Below are positions 58,891 to 64,000 of a DNA stretch of 64,000 bases, in pieces; the stretch's first letter is position 1, and the number at the start of each line of letters is the position of its first letter. Made by a program: the position numbers and the translations under genes. This DNA is from a bacterium (GTDB lineage: Bacteria; Patescibacteriota; Minisyncoccia; Phycocordibacterales; Phycocordibacteraceae), in contig JBBCGK010000001.1 of assembly GCA_037200965.1 (NCBI GenBank), positions 896,260 to 960,259 of the forward strand, read 5' to 3'. The notes below the pieces were generated by a model. That model was not told the DNA's origin. It did not search any database and saw nothing but the letters and a program-made list of their open reading frames with translations.

Positions 58891-60540
58891 TTAGGCACCG
58901 ATCATGTCCCGCTCGATGTCTTCGAACGTACCACCGGTCTTCTTCCCCGGATTGAATATGCCGAGCGGGTCGAAAATCTTCTTCGTCTCCTTAAACAGCG
59001 AGATCATCTTCTCACCGAAGAGCATCGGGAGATAGGGAGTGCGGATAATTCCGTCATTGTGTTCGCCGGTCGTCGTTCCGCCGTATTTGATGACGAGCGC
59101 GTACACTTTCGGCGCAAGCTCAAGCACGGTTTTCCTGCTCTCGGGCTTAGCAAGGTCCATGAGCGGGATGATATGGAAATTGCCGTTTCCGATATGCCCG
59201 GCGATGGTATAGATGAAATTGTCCTTGTATTCCTCAAGGAGTGCATTGAGTTCCGGAAGGAACTGCGGGTATGAGTCCGGCGGTACGACGAAATCATCGA
59301 TGAACGGAGAGGCGTAGAGGCCGTGGAGATTCTTCCGGAGAAGCGAAAAGCTTTCGCGCCTGACGATCCAGTACTTCTCCGATTCCTGCTCGTTCTTCTC
59401 GACTTTGGTTTGTACGGAAAGGCCCGAAAGGGCGTCCCGCGCGGCCTCGGCCTTCCGGTCGGCCTCCTCGATCGTATCCTCGGCGAATTCGGCCATGAGG
59501 ATGAGCTTGGGGACGCCGCCCGTAAGGACCATTTCGGCTTCCGGAAGAAAAGAGATGCCGAGCCGGGCCGCCTTCGCGAAACCCATCTGCGAAAGCATTT
59601 CCGGCAGGAACTTCACGGCAAGCTTGAACGTCTGGTCATCATAGGATTCGAACGATTCGGGATCGAGCGGCAGTATCCTGTGGACGATGTTCGGAAGGAT
59701 AGCGAGATCGGAAAGGAAGATGACGAGCATGGCGCGGTGCGCCTTGGGGACGACGAGGCGGAGCTTCGCGCGCGTCATGAGCGCGAGGGTTCCCTGCGCG
59801 CCGCAGATGAGCTTCGCGAGATTGAAGGCGCCGTCCGCGCTGCGGACGCTCCACAGGGCATAGCCCGCCGAATTCTTCGATACCTTAGGCCTGTGCGCCT
59901 CAATCTCCGCGGCGTTCTCCCTCAGGAGGCTGTCCATGTTGCGGTATATTTCCCCTTCGAGATTCCGAAGAGCTTTCTTTTGTTCGAGTTCGCCGGGGGA
60001 GAGGGTCTTGAAGGTTGCAGGAGAGCCATCCGAGAGGATGACGTCGATCTCCTCGATATAGTCCTCGGTCTTCCCGTATTTGAGTGTGCGTTCCCCGCCC
60101 GCGTTGTTATTTACGATCCCGCCCATGGCCGCGATTTCGCGGGACGCGGGATATGCGGGCATGACCTGGTCGCCCCCGGCGAGGGTTTCCTTCTCGAAGT
60201 CTCGATAATAGGCGCCGGGCTCCGTGACGGCATAGCCGTCGCCGACCTCAAGCACATGGTTCATATATTTCGTGAATACCGCGACGATCGAGGTTGTGAG
60301 CGGGCCGCCGGACATGTCGGTTCCGGCGGAGCGCGCGGTTATGGAAACATCCTGTCCGTCCTTTTTCGCTTCCGCGACTGCCTTCACGAGATTCGAAACG
60401 TCTTCCGCGTCCTTCGGATACACCACGAGCGAAGGGGTGCGCGAAAAGATGCTCGTGTCGCGGCTGTACTTTTCTCGCTCGTCCGCCGACTCCGTTACAT
60501 CTCCCTTCAAGACCCTTTTTAATTCGTTTTGCAATTCCAT
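58891..60540 (-). CDS. FAD-linked oxidase (GlcD/D-lactate dehydrogenase family)
   Basis: FAD-binding PCMH domain (LVVYPKDAEDVSNLVKAVAEAKKDGQDVSITARSAGTDMSGG) and a C-terminal FAD-oxidase domain (HIGNGNFHIIPL). The ORF is open upstream to 60837; start taken at MELQNELK. Confidence 0.8.
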   Translation of the reverse strand: MELQNELKRVLKGDVTESADEREKYSRDTSIFSRTPSLVVYPKDAEDVSNLVKAVAEAKKDGQDVSITARSAGTDMSGGPLTTSIVAVFTKYMNHVLEVGDGYAVTEPGAYYRDFEKETLAGGDQVMPAYPASREIAAMGGIVNNNAGGERTLKYGKTEDYIEEIDVILSDGSPATFKTLSPGELEQKKALRNLEGEIYRNMDSLLRENAAEIEAHRPKVSKNSAGYALWSVRSADGAFNLAKLICGAQGTLALMTRAKLRLVVPKAHRAMLVIFLSDLAILPNIVHRILPLDPESFESYDDQTFKLAVKFLPEMLSQMGFAKAARLGISFLPEAEMVLTGGVPKLILMAEFAEDTIEEADRKAEAARDALSGLSVQTKVEKNEQESEKYWIVRRESFSLLRKNLHGLYASPFIDDFVVPPDSYPQFLPELNALLEEYKDNFIYTIAGHIGNGNFHIIPLMDLAKPESRKTVLELAPKVYALVIKYGGTTTGEHNDGIIRTPYLPMLFGEKMISLFKETKKIFDPLGIFNPGKKTGGTFEDIERDMIGA

Positions 60541-60589
60541 AGGACCAGTATACGGCCTCGAAGGGTCGGTATGATATAGTGTACGGCCT

Positions 60590-60916
60590 ATGGCATTCAA
60601 GAACACGTTGCGGAGGGGGAGCATACGAAACGTCATTTTCCGGGAAGGCAAATCGTGGTATGGCGCGGCGCTCGAACTCAATATCGTCGAATCCGGCGAA
60701 ACCCCCCAGGAGGCGCTGTTCCTTCTCGATGATGCGGTCAAGGGATATATCGAGGCTGCCCGGAAAGCAAAGCTCTCGATCGGCGTGCTCAACCAGGAGA
60801 TAAATCCGGAGTATGAAAGGCTTTGGAATATCGGCAACTCGAAATCCGACCGTCCGAAGGCGGGGAAGCGCGAAATCTACAGCGTTGCGTCCCAGCAGAT
60901 AGCGGCGCTCGCATAA
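60590..60916 (+). CDS. hicB: HicB-family antitoxin (second copy)
   Basis: RNVIFREGKSWYGAALELNIVESGETPQEALFLLDDAVKGYIEAA matches the HicB N-domain. Confidence 0.65.
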   Translation: MAFKNTLRRGSIRNVIFREGKSWYGAALELNIVESGETPQEALFLLDDAVKGYIEAARKAKLSIGVLNQEINPEYERLWNIGNSKSDRPKAGKREIYSVASQQIAALA

Positions 60917-60924
60917 CCTCTCTC

Positions 60925-61161
60925 ATGCCGCGCGGCCTCAATAACTGGACTGCGGGCGCGGTTATCCGCTTCCTTAAAACGCGCGGGTTCGCGCAAAGCC
61001 ATGCGCGCGGCAGCCACTTTTATTACAAGAGCAAGCAGGGAGGCAGGGACCGTCTCGTGTGCGTACCGGTTCATGGCAAAAACGGTTTGATCGCCATCGG
61101 TACGATGAAAGGCATCGTCAAGCAGTCCGGTATTTCCGAAACCGAGTGGCGCCAAGAGTAA
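60925..61161 (+). CDS. hicA: HicA-family toxin (second copy)
   Basis: MPRGLNNWTAGAVIRFLKTRGFAQSHARGSHFYY...VPVHGKNGLIAIGTMKGIVKQSGIS matches HicA. Confidence 0.7.
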   Translation: MPRGLNNWTAGAVIRFLKTRGFAQSHARGSHFYYKSKQGGRDRLVCVPVHGKNGLIAIGTMKGIVKQSGISETEWRQE

Positions 61162-61177
61162 ATCGCTGTATGAGTAA

Positions 61178-61214
61178 ACACAAAGGCCCGGAGTATCTCT
61201 CCGGGCCTTTGTGT
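61178..61214 (+). terminator. 15-bp perfect hairpin downstream of hicA
   Basis: acacaaaggcccgga/tccgggcctttgtgt with loop gtatctc. Confidence 0.55.
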
Positions 61215-61269
61215 ATGGCGTTGAGCAGGCCCTAAATCTTTCTAGGGAAAATGAGAAGATGCCAAGACT

Positions 61270-61304
61270 AATGCCGAGCAAGAACATAGCTCTTGCTCGG
61301 CATT
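61270..61304 (-). terminator. 14-bp perfect hairpin overlapping the stop of minus-strand gene 61304..61870
   Basis: aatgccgagcaaga/tcttgctcggcatt with loop acatagc. Confidence 0.5.
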
Positions 61305-61870
61305 CAGGTGATGAGTTGCCCCCGTGCGGTGAGGATGGCATTGTCGGCGACCTCCGCCATGGTCTCGTAGAACGGAAATGATCTGCCGACCGCCTTGCTC
61401 AACTCGAACAGGATGACATCGAGCCCGTAGAAACGACGGTCGCCGCCGACTACGATGCGAGTATCCATTACCTCGGCAAAAGCGGTGAACTTACCGATCT
61501 CGCGGCGAGTGTCCATCGCGTATGGTTCCGGCCCTGGATGCGGAGCGTCAGCACTTTCAAGACCAAGCCAGAATAGTACACAGCCTGGCACGTTCGGCTC
61601 GAGTCCTGCCTGCTTGAGATAATGACGTTCCCAGACCAGCTGCCGATTATCGGCTTGCGAGAACGGCTGGTGGAAATGGTGCGCGAGCCGATGCGTGTTG
61701 TCCCATCGTGATGGACAGGCGACAAGTGCAGACGGTTCGCGGTCGAGGATATGTTCTGCCATATACGACTGCCAGTCACCGCCACCGCGAATCGGTCCCG
61801 CCAGGAAAAGAAGGGGCGATTCGAATGTTGGCGTGAGGGGTATGATTTGTTTGGGTACATAGATAGGCAT
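61304..61870 (-). CDS. Hypothetical protein, possibly nucleoside 2-deoxyribosyltransferase-like/SLOG Rossmann fold
   Basis: Start MPIYVPKQIIPLT. The N-terminal FLAGPIRGGGDWQ motif resembles the FLAGP motif of NDT-like families. Confidence 0.4.
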   Translation of the reverse strand: MPIYVPKQIIPLTPTFESPLLFLAGPIRGGGDWQSYMAEHILDREPSALVACPSRWDNTHRLAHHFHQPFSQADNRQLVWERHYLKQAGLEPNVPGCVLFWLGLESADAPHPGPEPYAMDTRREIGKFTAFAEVMDTRIVVGGDRRFYGLDVILFELSKAVGRSFPFYETMAEVADNAILTARGQLIT

Positions 61871-62062
61871 TTGGCCCTCCCTGCTGGTGTTTTGTCTGGC
61901 TTGAGAATACAACCTTAGTCCTTCTATGTACAGGTTTTACTATTTTCTTGCATAATTTTCCCAGACGGCCGCACGAGCCACCCGGAGAAATCGAAATAGT
62001 CCACATCGGATACTCAGCTATTGACTAGCGGGTTCCATCTCTTTTAGTAAAAGAAATTCGAA

Positions 62063-62905
62063 TCAAAAGACGATAAGAAGAAGGGAAAGGAGCCCCGCCG
62101 CAAAGCAATAGACGGCGAACGGCGTAAGCGTCTTCGTCTTGAAGTAATGGGTGAGGTAGCGAACAGAAAGATACGCGGCGACCGCCGCGGCGACCGCTCC
62201 GAGAAGCGTCGCGCCGAGCACCTGCGTACTTGCATGAAACAATACCGGAAGCTTGAGAATCGCCGCCCCGAAAATGACGGGAGTGGCGAGAAGGAACGAA
62301 TAGCGCGCGGCCTCCTCATGCGGAAGTCCGGCAAGAAGACCGCCGCCGATCGTCGCTCCGGTGCGCGAGAGGCCGGGAATGAGCGCTCCTGCCTGCGCGA
62401 GTCCGATCCATCCGGCCCGGTCAAACGTGAGTTTGGCGATCCGCTCGTCGCCCCGCTCGGACGCATCGCGGCGCTTTCGGACAAGCTCGGTCCCGAAGAG
62501 CAGGACGCCGTTCAGCATGAGGAATATGGCGGCTACGATCGGGGTCGCGAAAAGTATCTCGATTTTCTCCTCGAACAGAATGCCGAGTATTCCGGCGGGG
62601 ATGGTGGACACGAAGATGAGCCAGGCGAGCTTCGCATGCGTATCCCCCTTGATCGTATGAGTACCAAGCGAACGGAAGAATCCCCGGACGATGCCGATCC
62701 AGTCTTTCATATAGAAGCCAAGAAGGACGAGCGCGGTCGCAAGATGCGTCGCGACGATGAAGGGGAGGAAAAATTCGCTTCCCTGGTCGATATTCCATCC
62801 GAGCACGGAAGGGAGTATCACCGTGTGCCCGAGGCTCGAGATCGGGAAGAGTTCGGTGACTCCCTGGAGAAGCCCGAGCACGACCGCCTGGAAATAGGTG
62901 AGCAT
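62063..62905 (-). CDS. uppP: Undecaprenyl-diphosphatase
   Basis: BacA/UppP motifs (PISSLGHTVIL, GLSRTGATI) and 8 TM helices. Confidence 0.9.
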   Translation of the reverse strand: MLTYFQAVVLGLLQGVTELFPISSLGHTVILPSVLGWNIDQGSEFFLPFIVATHLATALVLLGFYMKDWIGIVRGFFRSLGTHTIKGDTHAKLAWLIFVSTIPAGILGILFEEKIEILFATPIVAAIFLMLNGVLLFGTELVRKRRDASERGDERIAKLTFDRAGWIGLAQAGALIPGLSRTGATIGGGLLAGLPHEEAARYSFLLATPVIFGAAILKLPVLFHASTQVLGATLLGAVAAAVAAYLSVRYLTHYFKTKTLTPFAVYCFAAGLLSLLLIVF

Positions 62906-62952
62906 AGGAACGTAGTATACGAGAGGCGGGGCGTATCTGCTATGCTACTCCC

Positions 62953-63999
62953 ATGGACCGCCTCTTTCTCGTCCTCCTCGGGTTCGTGCCCGCGACCGCC
63001 GTCGCCTATTTCCTTCATGCGTCGCCCGTCCTCGTCTTTATCCTCTCCGCGATCGCCATCATCCCTTTGGCCAAGTACATCGGAACGGCGACCGAGGAGC
63101 TTGCTTCGCAGAGCGGCTCGGCGGTCGGGGGACTCCTTAACGCGACCTTCGGAAACGCGACCGAACTCCTGATCGGCATATTCGCGCTTCGCGCCGGACT
63201 TCTCGAAGTCGTGAAAGCTTCGATTACGGGCTCGATTCTCGGCAACCTCCTTTTGGTGCTCGGACTCGCGATGTTCGCCGGAGGCCTCGGCCGCGCGAAG
63301 CAGACGTTCAATATCACCGCAGCGAAAGCGAGCGCCTCGACGCTCCTTCTCGCCGCCATCGCCCTTGTCGTGCCGGCTCTCTTCGTTCTCACCGCCCCTG
63401 CCGCAGGGTTCCCGATCGTCGAGGAACTCTCGCTCACCATCGCGCTTCTTATGATTATTTCATACGGGGCGAGCCTCTGGTTTTCGCTCCGGACCCACAA
63501 GCATCTCTATACGGAAGACGAGGCGCTCCATACGCCCAAATGGAGCAGGAAGAAAAGCATCCTCATACTCCTCGGCGCGACCGTTCTCGTCGCGTGGATG
63601 AGCGAGATCCTCGTGGGTTCGATCGAGCCGCTCATACGCGTGTTCGGGTGGACCGAACTCTTCATCGGCGTCATCATCATCGCGATCGTGGGAAATGCCG
63701 CCGAGCATGCTTCCGCCGTCACGGTCGCCATGAAGAACCGCATGGACCTCGCGCTGCAAATCTCCATCGGTTCCGCGACCCAGATCGTGATGCTCGTCGC
63801 TCCGCTCCTCATATTCGCGAGCATCTTCCTCGGACACCCGATGAGCCTCGTGTTCAATTTCTTTGAGGTCGCGGCGCTCATCTTCTCGGTGTTCATCGTC
63901 AACTCGATCATCGACGACGGCGAGAGCAACTGGTTCGAGGGACTCCAGCTTCTCGTCGCGTACCTCATCCTCGCGGTCGCGTTCTTCTTCTATCCCTAG
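62953..63999 (+). CDS. Cation (Ca2+)/H+ antiporter, CaCA family
   Basis: Two alpha-repeat regions (GNATELLIGIFA; GNAAEHASAV) and about 11 TM helices. Confidence 0.85.
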   Translation: MDRLFLVLLGFVPATAVAYFLHASPVLVFILSAIAIIPLAKYIGTATEELASQSGSAVGGLLNATFGNATELLIGIFALRAGLLEVVKASITGSILGNLLLVLGLAMFAGGLGRAKQTFNITAAKASASTLLLAAIALVVPALFVLTAPAAGFPIVEELSLTIALLMIISYGASLWFSLRTHKHLYTEDEALHTPKWSRKKSILILLGATVLVAWMSEILVGSIEPLIRVFGWTELFIGVIIIAIVGNAAEHASAVTVAMKNRMDLALQISIGSATQIVMLVAPLLIFASIFLGHPMSLVFNFFEVAALIFSVFIVNSIIDDGESNWFEGLQLLVAYLILAVAFFFYP

Positions 64000-64000
64000 C

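Noticed and set aside
60541-60837. Upstream extension of the FAD-oxidase ORF to 60837
   Set aside because: The family N-terminus aligns from MELQNELKRVL (60540); the upstream part would overlap hicB on the opposite strand.
1-64000. CRISPR arrays, rRNA or tRNA genes
   Set aside because: No regularly spaced short direct repeats with unique spacers, and no rRNA- or tRNA-like conserved motifs were seen. The tandem repeats present are protein-coding (Ig-like and proline-rich repeats).

Overview
High-GC (about 60-65%) bacterial chromosomal segment dense in housekeeping genes. Forward and reverse order along the window: pheT (3' part), gyrB, thrS, dnaE, rnhB, rpmF, a nusB-Nudix fusion, rnc, smc, rnr, rpsP-khpA-trmD, rpoB-rpoC, dnaG, rpoD, a UvrD-family helicase-nuclease, hisS, prmC, dnaA, a macAB-like efflux operon, uppP and a cation/H+ antiporter. 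Many essential proteins are unusually short: RpoB 1061 aa, DnaE 1055 aa, ThrRS 587 aa, and an SMC extein of about 740 aa with no hinge. bL32 has no cysteines. CARDB, sortase and repeat-rich surface proteins are present. This fits a reduced-genome lineage such as Patescibacteria/CPR; that placement is inference only.

Small lower-GC accessory islets sit between the core genes. They carry an IS481-family and an IS30-family element, two HicB-HicA modules, a RelE/ParE module and a solitary PemK/MazF-like toxin.

The most notable feature is a 348-aa intein inserted exactly after the Walker-A GPNGSGK of SMC. Its central domain is a NYN/LabA-like PIN-fold nuclease rather than a canonical LAGLIDADG/HNH homing endonuclease.

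Other items worth a second look:
- an 827-aa surface protein with five tandem Ig-like repeats, near-identical internal DNA repeats, a poly-Gly tract and an internal sortase-signal-like segment next to a sortase gene;
- a NusB-Nudix fusion translationally coupled to rnc;
- a GcrA-like small protein immediately downstream of dnaA, with a DnaA box and an AT-rich stretch nearby;
- an unannotated SD-driven 40-aa sORF followed by a hairpin;
- an orphan intrinsic terminator upstream of a probably leaderless rpsP.

No rRNA, tRNA or CRISPR array was detected by eye.
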